Source of the DNA: Staphylococcus epidermidis
Lineage (GTDB): Bacteria; Bacillota_I; Bacilli_A; RFN20; CAG-826
Reading direction: 5' to 3'
Assembly (NCBI GenBank): GCA_945870555.1
Contig: CAMBSI010000001.1
Location: 21,656-85,655 of the forward strand
Length of the DNA: 64,000 nucleotides
The position numbers were made by a program, and so were the translations under genes. The notes beneath the pieces are model-generated. The model was not told the DNA's origin. It did not search any database and was given only the letters and a program-made list of their open reading frames with translations. Below are positions 9,376 through 19,558 of this stretch, one piece after another; within the stretch, counting starts at the first letter, position 1, and each line of letters opens with the position of its first letter.

Positions 9376-10629
9376 ATGAAAATTATCAACAGCAAAGATT
9401 TCTTACAAATACGCTTAGAATCAACCTTATCTTCTTTAGATATTGAGTTTCTAGCAGAGGCTTACGCACCTTTAATTGGTTTTGACGCCGTTGGTCTATA
9501 TCTATCATTCAAACAACAAGAATTATTGCTTGAAGGAACGATGATGACTTTAGAAACATGGCTAACGTTTGGCCAAGCCACTCCACAAGGATTTCATCAA
9601 GCTCGTATCCAATTGGAGGCAGTGGGATTAATTCGGACCTACCAACAAACGTATGAAAAGACCTACCTTTACACGTTATCTTTATTTGCCCCAAAATCAC
9701 CAAAAGCTTTTCTAGAGGATCCGATACTAAAGGGTTTAGTGATTCAAAGAGCAGGTCAGAGTTATATCAAACGACTAGAAATGAAATATGCCCTTCAACC
9801 GATTGACCGTGATGTAAAAGAAGTATCGGTATCTTTTGGTGAGGTTTTCCATCCAGATTTAAACCATCCAGCATTCATGAACGCAAGTCATGCCAATGTC
9901 AAAGGGAAAACGTTAGCAGAAATTCGCCAACCATTTGATGAAATCCTCTTTGCAGAACAACTGAAAAAGCAATTTTCAATTGACGTTAAAAAATTAAATC
10001 CTGATGATATCAAGCAAATGATTGCGATTGCAACCTTAACTGGACTAGATGAACTCGCAGCCGCAGAAATTGTTGGAACCAATCTAGATTTACAGCATCG
10101 TTTAATGATCGATAAAGTAACCCAGGTTGCTCGCCAAGAAAAACGTTTACCGTTTGTTCGGCAACGGCAACAACAAAAGTTACAACTTCAAGAAACCTCA
10201 CCTGAAACGATGGCAGTCAATCAAATGGAAATGCTATCTCCAATCGAATTTTTATCAATCAAGCAAGATGGATCTGAAGTTGCCGCTGCAGATTTCAGCC
10301 TATTACTGCGATTACAAACCCAATATGCATTACCAAATCCCGTGATTAATGCATTGATTCACTTTGTGTTAAAAACTCAAAACAATGCTTTAATGCCTCG
10401 TTATGTTGAAAAACTTGCGAGTAATTTAAAACGTGCAAAAGTTGAGCATGCGATTGATACGCTTGATTTTTTTCATGCGATGAATCAACCAAGACAAAAC
10501 CCGTCTTTTACACCACGCCAAGAGTCCGTAACTCCAACTGCCACACCTGAACAAACACAAGTCAATCCAACTGAAGTGGATGAAACCGAATTGAAGGCAC
10601 TTGAACAAACCATGAAAGGTTTAAAATGA
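9376..10629 (+). CDS. dnaB: Replication initiation and membrane attachment protein (Firmicutes DnaB, helicase-loader partner)
   Basis: The N-terminal region aligns with B. subtilis DnaB (YxPLIG...LEAVGLIRTY). It is followed by dnaI with a 4-nt overlap. Confidence 0.75.
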   Translation: MKIINSKDFLQIRLESTLSSLDIEFLAEAYAPLIGFDAVGLYLSFKQQELLLEGTMMTLETWLTFGQATPQGFHQARIQLEAVGLIRTYQQTYEKTYLYTLSLFAPKSPKAFLEDPILKGLVIQRAGQSYIKRLEMKYALQPIDRDVKEVSVSFGEVFHPDLNHPAFMNASHANVKGKTLAEIRQPFDEILFAEQLKKQFSIDVKKLNPDDIKQMIAIATLTGLDELAAAEIVGTNLDLQHRLMIDKVTQVARQEKRLPFVRQRQQQKLQLQETSPETMAVNQMEMLSPIEFLSIKQDGSEVAAADFSLLLRLQTQYALPNPVINALIHFVLKTQNNALMPRYVEKLASNLKRAKVEHAIDTLDFFHAMNQPRQNPSFTPRQESVTPTATPEQTQVNPTEVDETELKALEQTMKGLK

Positions 10630-11522
10630 AACTTATCAACCCAAAACCGATCATTCAGGATGATTTTAATGAGGCGATTGAGCAAGCTATGCGGACGCTT
10701 CTCAACTCACCTTTGATGAAAAAGACGATCGAAAAGCTTCGCCTAAAAGATAGTGAAATTCGCCAAAACCTTGCAACCTTTATCAAGTTTGAAGCAGATG
10801 AACAAGATGTCCAGCAATGCCGTCTTGCAGGAAAATGTTTAAAACCTAAAGGCCATTACATCATCCAAGTTGACCGTAATGTGATGGGAATGATTGAACG
10901 TAAAATTCAACCATGCCCATTACTAGAAGACCAGTTAAAAGTTTCCCGTTTTCTCATTTATGATGAATTTAATCCTTCTTGGAAGGATTCAAAGTTATTT
11001 GAATCGCTCAATCAACGCGTTGGACAAAAAGCACTTTATGTTTACTTGATGAAAGTTTTACAAGGACAATCACGAGACGGATTGGCGTTAATCGGCCCCC
11101 ATCAATCGGGTAAGTCTTTTGGATTAGGGATGTTTGCCTATCGCTACGCATTAAATGAACTTGGCACCGTCGGCTTTATGGATTTTGCTTCGTCCATGAC
11201 TCGTTTGTTAAGTTTAAAGAAGTCTGATGAAATGAGTTTTACGCGTGAATTGACAAGAATTCAAAACTTAAATGTCTTTATCCTTGATGGGTTGGGAAGT
11301 CATCCAATTAGTGAAGATACCTTGTCAGATGTACTCATCCCCATTTTTTTAGGACGGCAACAACCCGGTCGGATCACGATGGTTTCAAGTACGGTTCCGA
11401 TTCCTCAGTTAGATGGCTTATTTAAAGGTTATAAAGATAAACGGATGTTAATGACCGAATGGTTAAATCTAGTTCAACTGATGACCAAAAACATTCAATT
11501 ACCTGCCATGTTGCCATTATAG
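10626..11522 (+). CDS. dnaI: Primosomal protein DnaI (helicase loader, AAA+)
   Basis: N-terminal zinc-ribbon-like region and a C-terminal AAA+ domain with Walker A (GPHQSGKS) and Walker B (FILDGLG). Conserved dnaB-dnaI pairing. Confidence 0.75.
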   Translation: MKLINPKPIIQDDFNEAIEQAMRTLLNSPLMKKTIEKLRLKDSEIRQNLATFIKFEADEQDVQQCRLAGKCLKPKGHYIIQVDRNVMGMIERKIQPCPLLEDQLKVSRFLIYDEFNPSWKDSKLFESLNQRVGQKALYVYLMKVLQGQSRDGLALIGPHQSGKSFGLGMFAYRYALNELGTVGFMDFASSMTRLLSLKKSDEMSFTRELTRIQNLNVFILDGLGSHPISEDTLSDVLIPIFLGRQQPGRITMVSSTVPIPQLDGLFKGYKDKRMLMTEWLNLVQLMTKNIQLPAMLPL

Positions 11523-12926
11523 ATATTTCAAATATGGTTTTAAAATCGCCTCTGATTTTTTTTCCCAAGCGTCAACGGATCCCTCATTGGTGAGGCGATG
11601 ATCGATCCATTGAACATAATCTAGATAATGATTTCTTTCATTGAGTAGCCATAACTGTTCAGCATGATTTTTTTGCCTTTTGATTAACCGCTCTTTTTGT
11701 AACGATGCATTCATGTCAATCCCAATGATGACATCACAATAAGCATCAAGATTGCTTTGAAATAATAAGGGAACTTCGACCAACACTACTTTAGCTTTTG
11801 TCTTGATTAAGGCTGCATAAATGCGATCTTTGACTAAAGGAAATAACCACACCATCAATCGATGATAATCTTGACTATGCGTAATCAAACTTCCAAGGAG
11901 CAAGGTTCGGTCAATTTGATGATTGATGATGGCGTGAGGAAATAAAGATCGGATTTTTGATATCGCAGGTTTTGTTTTGTAAATCTCGCCAACGATGTCA
12001 TCTGCTGAGATCGTCGAAAAACCTAACGTTTTACCTACGCTTAATAAGGCTGATTTTCCAGTCGCGATCGTCCCTGTGACCCCAATCACAAATGGTAAAT
12101 CAGGATGGTGCTGACAACGAGGGCAATAGTGGGTACCGCGGCCTCCAACCATGATTTTGTCTAATCGATGATGGCAACGTTCACAGGCTTCACCATCTTT
12201 GCCATATGCCTTGATTTTCAGGGTAAATGCCCCATCAATGGCATGACCCGATCGGTAACTTCGAATACGACTTCCGCCTGAAGCAATGGCTTCTAATAAA
12301 ATTCTTTTGCTATGGCTGAGTATGTCTTTGATTTGGGTGAGCGTGAGATCACGGCCTTTTGTTAAGGGATGAATACGCGATGCAAATAATACTTCATCAG
12401 CATAAATATTACCTAAACCTAACAAAATCGTTTGATCAAGTAAGATACTTTTGATCGGACGAATCGACCGATGTATGTTTTGATAAATGACGTTAGGATC
12501 GATATCGTTTAATGGTTCTTGTCCAAGATTTTTGAGTGAAGCGAGTTGTAGATAATCTTTGCTATTGGTCAAGGTAAACGTTCCAAATTTACGCATGTCA
12601 TCGTAAATCAAGCGGCGACCATCGCTTAAAGTAAACACAACATGACAAAAACGAGATAAGGGTGATTGCTTATCCTTTAACTCAATAAACTTTCCTTCCA
12701 TGCGAAGATGCGAAACCACAACCGAACCGCGGTCAAAAAAGAAAATAATGAACTTTCCGATCCGATCTATTTTTTTAAACGCTTGTCCTTTTAAGTCTTT
12801 TTCAAAAGCCTTAAAGGAAGGATGAAACATCTTTTCATAATCAGTTGAAATGGAGGAAAGAGTTGATCCCAACAAGATCGGTCTTAAGGTTTTAACGACG
12901 GTTTCTACTTCTGGTAGTTCTGGCAT
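11517..12926 (-). CDS. mutM-coaE: Fusion protein: formamidopyrimidine-DNA glycosylase (Fpg/MutM) + dephospho-CoA kinase (CoaE)
   Basis: N-terminal PELPEVE through the zinc finger CERC...CPRCQ is a complete Fpg. It continues without a stop into VIGVTGTIATGKS, a CoaE P-loop domain. Total 469 aa, about 275 + 195. Confidence 0.85.
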   Translation of the reverse strand: MPELPEVETVVKTLRPILLGSTLSSISTDYEKMFHPSFKAFEKDLKGQAFKKIDRIGKFIIFFFDRGSVVVSHLRMEGKFIELKDKQSPLSRFCHVVFTLSDGRRLIYDDMRKFGTFTLTNSKDYLQLASLKNLGQEPLNDIDPNVIYQNIHRSIRPIKSILLDQTILLGLGNIYADEVLFASRIHPLTKGRDLTLTQIKDILSHSKRILLEAIASGGSRIRSYRSGHAIDGAFTLKIKAYGKDGEACERCHHRLDKIMVGGRGTHYCPRCQHHPDLPFVIGVTGTIATGKSALLSVGKTLGFSTISADDIVGEIYKTKPAISKIRSLFPHAIINHQIDRTLLLGSLITHSQDYHRLMVWLFPLVKDRIYAALIKTKAKVVLVEVPLLFQSNLDAYCDVIIGIDMNASLQKERLIKRQKNHAEQLWLLNERNHYLDYVQWIDHRLTNEGSVDAWEKKSEAILKPYLKYL

Positions 12927-12929
12927 AGG

Positions 12930-15488
12930 TTACTTTAAATCATACCAAGTTTCTGCGAAATGACCTTCAACTTGTAAAGGCACTTGCATCGGCAAAGCAT
13001 GTTCCATGATGGATTGAATTAATGGCATCACTTTTTCAATTTCCGACCTTGGGGTTTTAAAAATCAATTCATCATGAATGGTCAAAATTAACCTCGTCTT
13101 AAAATGTTTCGATTTGAGGGCGTGGTCAACTTGAATCATCGCAAGCTTTAATAAGTCAGCTGCGGTTCCTTGAATGGGGGCATTCATCGCCGCCCGCTTT
13201 GCAAACTCTCGTGCTTGAAAGTTACTTCCGGTGATGTCACGCAAATATCGTCTTCTTCCGAGAAGTGTTGAAACATATTTTTGTTCTTGTAAAGATACCA
13301 TTAACGATTGCATATACGTTTTTAACTCTGGATAAGCTTGATAAAAAGCATCTATTAACTGATTTGCCTCGGAAGGTGGAATCCCTAATTGTTCCGATAA
13401 ACCCCAAGAAGAAATACCATAGATGATGCCAAAGTTGACCGCTTTGGCTTGTCGTCTCATCCAAGAGGTCACCTCGCCACCTTTTGCAAATAAACGTTGG
13501 GCAGTCAATGTGTGAATATCAACTCGATTTTGAAATGCTTCTAAAAGTGGTTTACATTGTGCAAGTTCGGCAAGGATCCTTAATTCAATTTGCGAATAGT
13601 CAAACGAAAGAAGAACGTGCTCATGGTCAGGATAGTAAAAAGCTTTTCGAATTAATTTCGTTTCTTCATCTTTGACTGCGATATTTTGAATATTTGGATC
13701 AAATGAAGATAATCTTCCTGTCGTGGTTTGAGCCTGTTGATAAATCGGATGGAGCTTTCCGTCTGGATACGCTTGCGTTGGTAAGGATTTCACATAGGTA
13801 GATTGAAGCTTTGCGTATTTTCGATAATCTAGCAAAAATGCAATCGATGGATGTAAAGGCAATAATTGCTTTAAAACATCCGCATTGGTTGAACCTTTTT
13901 TTGGATTGGGTAGGTGTAGTTGATTAAATAAAACCTCACTTAATTGTTTTGGACTATCGATGTTAAAGGTTTGGCCACAAGCTTCAAAAATTTGCTTTTG
14001 TAAAAGTGATAATTTCTTATCCAGGTTGATTTCCATATCCTTTAAAAATGCAATATCGATTGGGATTCCTTCCATTTCCATCGATGCCAGAACTGGAATC
14101 AAAGGGAATTCAATGTCATAAACGACTTTTTCCATTTTTTTGTCGCGGAGCTGTTGGATCAATTGGTCCTTAAACTTGAAGAGTTGTTGCACAATTTGAA
14201 TCGACTGAACCTCTAAGGTTTCACCTAAGGTAATACCAAGTTGCATCATGACTTGTTGTCGGTTTAATGATGGGGTTTCATCAATCGCATAGGTTGCTAA
14301 CATGCAATCAAAAAAAGGTCCTTGAATGTCAAGATGGTAACGGTTAGCCAAAATCAAGAGTTGTTTATAATCGTAAACAATTTTTTCAATCGATGGATTT
14401 GCGAGTATCGATTTGAATTGCGAATCCTTGTCACTATCCATCATCGATAAAAAGTAACTTTTATCTTCGACTTGAATCGCCCAACCTTGAAGGGTTAATT
14501 GAAAATAGTTTCCTTCTTCAATCACAGGTAAGACGGCGATTTTTTTAGCATTCAAAGTTGGTAATTGCTTAACTTTTTCGTATTGAACCTCTTGGGTTGT
14601 GTTTGTATCCGTTGCTTTCATGAGGAACCGACCATTTAAGGATTTCATTTCATATTGGGTAATGAAACTTTGTAAAGCGGTATCGATGACACCTTGATAA
14701 CGTGTATTTGATAAAGGAAAAGGTAATTGCATCGTGGTTTGAATGATGGCAAGTTTTTTGGAAATAATGCCAGACTGTTGATGGGTGATTAAATTTTCAG
14801 CAGTTTTTCCTTTTAAAGTTGGAGCGGCTGCTAATACGTTTTCAAAGGTTTGATATTGTTGCAGAAGTTTTATCGCAGTTTTTTCACCAATTCCTGGGAT
14901 ACCCGGCAGGTTATCGGATGCATCCCCGACTAAACCTTTGAAATCAGGTACTTGTTCAGGAGTGATGCCATATTCTGCAATGACGCGTTCTCGGGTCATG
15001 CTAATCGTTTCACTGACACCTTTTCGAATGAGTTGAACGGTTAAATGCGGTTGAACGAGTTGAAGAAAATCACGGTCTGAGGTATAGATTTCTACTTCCA
15101 TACCCGCTTTCACACCTAGGATTGCTGCCGTACCGGCAACATCATCCCCTTCAAAACCATCTTGTTCAAAGGTAAATAAATTCAATGCTTTCAATAATTC
15201 TCTGGCAATTGGAAATTGTTTAATTAAATCTTCTGGAACTGGCTTGCGATGTGCTTTATAGGTTTCTAATGCTTCATGTCGAAATGTCTTTTCACCCGTA
15301 TCAAACGCAACCAGGATATGGGTGTCTTTTTCAACGGGAAATAAAATTTTTTGCAGCATGTTTGCAAACACATAAACTGCATTGGTGGGTATCCCACTTG
15401 CCGTGGTTAAAGAAGCACCACTATACGCTGAAGCATAGTAAGCGCGGAATAATAAAGCGTTTCCGTCAATAATTTTAAGTTTATTCAT
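12930..15488 (-). CDS. polA: DNA polymerase I
   Basis: 5'-3' exonuclease N-terminus (IIDGNALLFRAYYA) and family A polymerase motifs (RRxAKxxNFGxxYG, HDELI). Confidence 0.95.
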   Translation of the reverse strand: MNKLKIIDGNALLFRAYYASAYSGASLTTASGIPTNAVYVFANMLQKILFPVEKDTHILVAFDTGEKTFRHEALETYKAHRKPVPEDLIKQFPIARELLKALNLFTFEQDGFEGDDVAGTAAILGVKAGMEVEIYTSDRDFLQLVQPHLTVQLIRKGVSETISMTRERVIAEYGITPEQVPDFKGLVGDASDNLPGIPGIGEKTAIKLLQQYQTFENVLAAAPTLKGKTAENLITHQQSGIISKKLAIIQTTMQLPFPLSNTRYQGVIDTALQSFITQYEMKSLNGRFLMKATDTNTTQEVQYEKVKQLPTLNAKKIAVLPVIEEGNYFQLTLQGWAIQVEDKSYFLSMMDSDKDSQFKSILANPSIEKIVYDYKQLLILANRYHLDIQGPFFDCMLATYAIDETPSLNRQQVMMQLGITLGETLEVQSIQIVQQLFKFKDQLIQQLRDKKMEKVVYDIEFPLIPVLASMEMEGIPIDIAFLKDMEINLDKKLSLLQKQIFEACGQTFNIDSPKQLSEVLFNQLHLPNPKKGSTNADVLKQLLPLHPSIAFLLDYRKYAKLQSTYVKSLPTQAYPDGKLHPIYQQAQTTTGRLSSFDPNIQNIAVKDEETKLIRKAFYYPDHEHVLLSFDYSQIELRILAELAQCKPLLEAFQNRVDIHTLTAQRLFAKGGEVTSWMRRQAKAVNFGIIYGISSWGLSEQLGIPPSEANQLIDAFYQAYPELKTYMQSLMVSLQEQKYVSTLLGRRRYLRDITGSNFQAREFAKRAAMNAPIQGTAADLLKLAMIQVDHALKSKHFKTRLILTIHDELIFKTPRSEIEKVMPLIQSIMEHALPMQVPLQVEGHFAETWYDLK

Positions 15489-18400
15489 GGTTTGATAAAG
15501 CGCATTTGGTCGACTAAGAAATTATCATTTTTTTGTTGATCGAGTGTTCCGGAAACCACAACCAATTGTCCTCGTTGCAATTGATTCATCACTTTTTCAT
15601 AAACTTTTGGAAAGATCACCAATTCCAATTTATCGGTTTCATCATAAATCGTTGCAAAGGCCATGGTTTGACCTGCTTTGGTTTTTACAACCCGAAGGAT
15701 TCTCACTAATCCCCCCGTGGTAACGACTTGGTTTGATTGTTTACTTTCTTGTATCGAAATGACTGTGGCACTTTGTTTATGTTGACGAATTTGTCCGGAA
15801 ATACTCGTAGATAAAATCATTCCAGTCACATCAAGTTCTTTTTCGAGATTTTCAAAAGGTTGATCGGTTGCTTCCACCATGGCCATTTTTGGTAAAGAGG
15901 TTAGCGGCAATAAACCGGTCGCTTCATCTAAGAATGTAGATTGGATCGCAGCATTTTTCATTGCATTCGGTAAAGATGCTCGAAGGGTCGCCCTTGAAAA
16001 TGCAAAGCAATCATAAGCGCCAGCATCGATAAGCGCCAAATGTTGGTTGATGGTCACATTTAAAGGGAATAAACGGGTGACACAATCAAAAAAATCAACA
16101 AAAGGTCCTTGAGCGCGTATTTGAATCAGTTTGATGACCAAATCATGCTGAATCCCTTTTAACAACGTTAACGGGGCAATTAATTTTTGACCATCCATTG
16201 AAAATTGGGTGGAAGGCGTTTGAATATTTGGTGGGGAAAGTTTTATGTTTAAGGCTCTTAATTCATCTAAATATGCTAAGACTTTACTATCTGATGTCCC
16301 TGCAGAGGTGTTTAAAATCGCCGCATAAAATGCATGGGGGTGATAGGTTTTTAAAAATGCCATTTGATACGTTAAGGTAGCGTATGCAACGGAATGAGAT
16401 TTGTTAAAACCATAATCAGCAAATTTAAGGATGTGATTGTAAACGCTCAATGCATGATCGGCTTTGTAACCCTTGCTCACTGCCCCATCGATGAATGCTT
16501 GTTTTAAAGCCAACATCGTTTCATTATCTTTTTTCGAAATCGCCCGTCGAAAGTCATCCGCTTTTGCTAAAGAAAAACCACTCATGACCTGAGCAATTTG
16601 CATGATTTGTTCTTGATAAATGATGATACCAAAGGTTGGATTGAGGATAGGTTTAAGTTGATTGTCCAAGTAAGTGACGGGTTCAAGACCTTGTTTTCTT
16701 TTCGCATAACTTTCAATGTTATCCATTGGACCTGGACGATAAAGGGCAATTAAACTAACAAGGTCATTGAAGCGATCGACTTGAATCAATTTCATTGCCC
16801 GTTTCATGCCATCGGATTCTAATTGGAATAAGCCCATGTTTAAACCCATTCTTAATAAGGCGTAAACTTGAGGGTCTTCCATATTGATCTTAGACAAATC
16901 CACGACGATGCCTTGGCGCTTTAACGCGGTCAAACAAGCCTCAATAATGGTTAAGTTACGTAGACCTAAAATATCAATTTTTAAAAACCCTTGGGCTTCA
17001 AGGTGATTCATTTCATATTGTGCAATGGTTTTTTGACCTTGTTTCAGTAAAGGTAAAACACTTTCAAGTGGTGCTTGATTGAGAATGATCCCCGCTGCAT
17101 GCATACCGGATTGGCGAATAAATCCTTCAATTTTGTGCGCGAGTTTGATGATGTCAGCGCATTCAGGATCTTCATCAAATAACTTTTGAAACGAGGGAAG
17201 TTGTTTATATGCTGTACGTAAATCAAGTTTGCCATCGCCAAGCGCTTTACTTAATAATTCAATGGACGTATTGGAAAACTTATAAACTCGACCAATGTCT
17301 CGAATGGCTTGTTTTGCTTGAATTGTTTGATAGGTGATGATGTGAGTAACTCGGTTTTCTCCATATTTTGCTCGCAAATAATCAATGATTTTTTCTCGAT
17401 CTTTATCTGCAAAATCGGTGTCAATATCTGGCATGGTTTTTCTCGATGGATTTAAAAATCTTTCAAACAGTAATTGATGTGGTAAAGGATCGATTTCGGT
17501 AATGTCTAAGGCGTATGCGACTAAACTTCCTGGAGCAGATCCTCTTCCTGGGCCCACGGGTATACCTTGTTTTTTGGCGTATTGAATAAAGTCAGAGACA
17601 ATTAAAAAGTAATCCGCAAAACCAAGCGATTCGATCATGTTTAATTCTTGATCAAGTCTCTCCAAATAAATCATTTGCGAAAAATCAATCGGTCTTGCTT
17701 GTAATCCTTCGATTGCTTTTTCTCTTAGTAAGTCCTGACTGTTTTTTGTTTGATCAAACGTTAATAGCTGGCCACGTTTTGTAAAAAAATTAAAGCGGCA
17801 TAGATTACTAATGGTTACGGTTTGAATTAATTCTTCTTCGGTGTATAGGACCTTTACCTCTTCAATAGAGGGTAAGTATTGACCACCATTTTTTTCCTTG
17901 ATGGTTAACGTTTCACCACGGTGAATGGCTTGAAGAATATCAAGGATGATTGCATCTTGAGGCTTGCCGTAGCGAATATGAGGAAAAGCAACACAAGGAT
18001 AAGGATATTGATGACTAAAATCTCGATAAGTTTGGAGATCTTTGGTATTCGTATCTTGGTAATGTTCAATGCCTAAAAAAACTTTTTCAATCCCCACCAA
18101 ATGGGTTTGTAAATAGATGGCAATTTTTTCAAAACTTTCTTTAAAAATTTTGCTTTGCGCAGGCGATATGACGGCGAGTAAATGTTGATTAAGCTTTTGG
18201 AAACGATGGCTGGCAATTTTCCCTTCTTGGCTCAAATGTGTCAATTGAATAAGTTGACGATAACCTTCTTCATCACGTGCAAAAAAAGTGACCAACATTT
18301 CTGGATAAATTATGTCTAAACCAATAATCGATTGAATCTGATTTTTTTTAGTGAGGGTAGAGAATTCAGGGACACCAAATAAGACCTGATGATCGGCTAA

Positions 18401-18508
18401 TCCGACAGTCGCATAGCCTTTTTCTTTAATTGCGGAAATAAGGCGGTCCATTGTAAAACCACTTGATAAAAAGGAGTAAGAACTCGTAAGATGAAGTGGT
18501 ATAAACAC
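15485..18508 (-). CDS. dnaE: DNA polymerase III alpha subunit DnaE (short form)
   Basis: N-terminal PHP domain (FIPLHLTSSYSFL) and pol III alpha catalytic core (GPGRGSAPGSLVAYAL). 1007 aa. 4-nt overlap with polA. Confidence 0.93.
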   Translation of the reverse strand: MFIPLHLTSSYSFLSSGFTMDRLISAIKEKGYATVGLADHQVLFGVPEFSTLTKKNQIQSIIGLDIIYPEMLVTFFARDEEGYRQLIQLTHLSQEGKIASHRFQKLNQHLLAVISPAQSKIFKESFEKIAIYLQTHLVGIEKVFLGIEHYQDTNTKDLQTYRDFSHQYPYPCVAFPHIRYGKPQDAIILDILQAIHRGETLTIKEKNGGQYLPSIEEVKVLYTEEELIQTVTISNLCRFNFFTKRGQLLTFDQTKNSQDLLREKAIEGLQARPIDFSQMIYLERLDQELNMIESLGFADYFLIVSDFIQYAKKQGIPVGPGRGSAPGSLVAYALDITEIDPLPHQLLFERFLNPSRKTMPDIDTDFADKDREKIIDYLRAKYGENRVTHIITYQTIQAKQAIRDIGRVYKFSNTSIELLSKALGDGKLDLRTAYKQLPSFQKLFDEDPECADIIKLAHKIEGFIRQSGMHAAGIILNQAPLESVLPLLKQGQKTIAQYEMNHLEAQGFLKIDILGLRNLTIIEACLTALKRQGIVVDLSKINMEDPQVYALLRMGLNMGLFQLESDGMKRAMKLIQVDRFNDLVSLIALYRPGPMDNIESYAKRKQGLEPVTYLDNQLKPILNPTFGIIIYQEQIMQIAQVMSGFSLAKADDFRRAISKKDNETMLALKQAFIDGAVSKGYKADHALSVYNHILKFADYGFNKSHSVAYATLTYQMAFLKTYHPHAFYAAILNTSAGTSDSKVLAYLDELRALNIKLSPPNIQTPSTQFSMDGQKLIAPLTLLKGIQHDLVIKLIQIRAQGPFVDFFDCVTRLFPLNVTINQHLALIDAGAYDCFAFSRATLRASLPNAMKNAAIQSTFLDEATGLLPLTSLPKMAMVEATDQPFENLEKELDVTGMILSTSISGQIRQHKQSATVISIQESKQSNQVVTTGGLVRILRVVKTKAGQTMAFATIYDETDKLELVIFPKVYEKVMNQLQRGQLVVVSGTLDQQKNDNFLVDQMRFIKP

Positions 18509-18571
18509 TGGATTCTCCCCATTAATAAAAGCATAGCATATTTGCTATTCGTAGTCATTGAAAAGGTACGA

Positions 18572-19558
18572 TTATTTCAACAATTTATCTAAATCTGAAA
18601 TCAATTCAGGTAGGAGGTCAATGCTCGTTAATTTACATCCACTCGCTTGGGCATGGCCACCACCTTGATATTTTTGGGCAATTTGATTGATGGTGACTTT
18701 TTTACTTCGGATTGAAACTCGCCAAACCTTATCTTCCTTATCTTCAGAAATGGAACACCAAATATGAACATCCTTAATGTTACTAAACAAATTTACATTG
18801 TCTTTTCCTTGATTTGCTAACATGCCTAAATCGCTTTGTTCTTTATGGGTCAACACGTAATATGCAACTCCCTTTGGTGAGATTTGATAGTGATTTAATA
18901 AGTATGCGGTCACTTTGAGATCTTCAAGCGTTTTTTCATACATTTTTAAATACACATCATCGTGGGCATTAATCCCAGTTTCAAGCAAACGTTTTGCAAT
19001 TGCAAAGGTTTGAGGCGTTGTGGATTTGTACATGAATCGCCCTGAATCACCAGCAATGCCAGAAAAAAGGAACGTTGCCGTTTTTTTACTAAGTTTGTAT
19101 TTTGTTCCAAAGGCATCAATCACTTTCATCCATAATTCTGAAGCAGCACATGTTTCCGTTTCAACTAAACAGATATCTCCATAAGGATTGATGTTTGGAT
19201 GATGGTCAATTTTCATCACCATGGCGGATTTTGAAAATCGTTGGTCATCAATCCGTTCCATATTTGCAGTATCCACAACAATAGAAAGTGTTTTTTTATC
19301 AAAGAATTTATCTGAAATTTTTTGCATGGCTGGATATAACCGAGGTGTGAAAGAAGGGTGATCTTCACCAACTACTTTGACTTGTTTAAGCGGAAAGTTT
19401 TCCTTAATCCATGTGGCCACGCCCCATTGTGTTCCTAAGGCGTCAAAATCAGGTATGACGTGACGAAAAACAACAATTTTTGGATATTTTTTGATCGCCG
19501 CAAGGATGTCTAAATAAACTTTTTGATTCGGGTTTGCTTTATTTTTTAATAATGTCAT
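18572..19558 (-). CDS. nrnA: DHH/DHHA1 phosphoesterase, NrnA-like nanoRNase/pAp phosphatase
   Basis: DHH-family motifs (HVIPDFDALG, DHH in KIDHHPN) and a GGGH DHHA1 signature. Confidence 0.8.
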   Translation of the reverse strand: MTLLKNKANPNQKVYLDILAAIKKYPKIVVFRHVIPDFDALGTQWGVATWIKENFPLKQVKVVGEDHPSFTPRLYPAMQKISDKFFDKKTLSIVVDTANMERIDDQRFSKSAMVMKIDHHPNINPYGDICLVETETCAASELWMKVIDAFGTKYKLSKKTATFLFSGIAGDSGRFMYKSTTPQTFAIAKRLLETGINAHDDVYLKMYEKTLEDLKVTAYLLNHYQISPKGVAYYVLTHKEQSDLGMLANQGKDNVNLFSNIKDVHIWCSISEDKEDKVWRVSIRSKKVTINQIAQKYQGGGHAQASGCKLTSIDLLPELISDLDKLLK

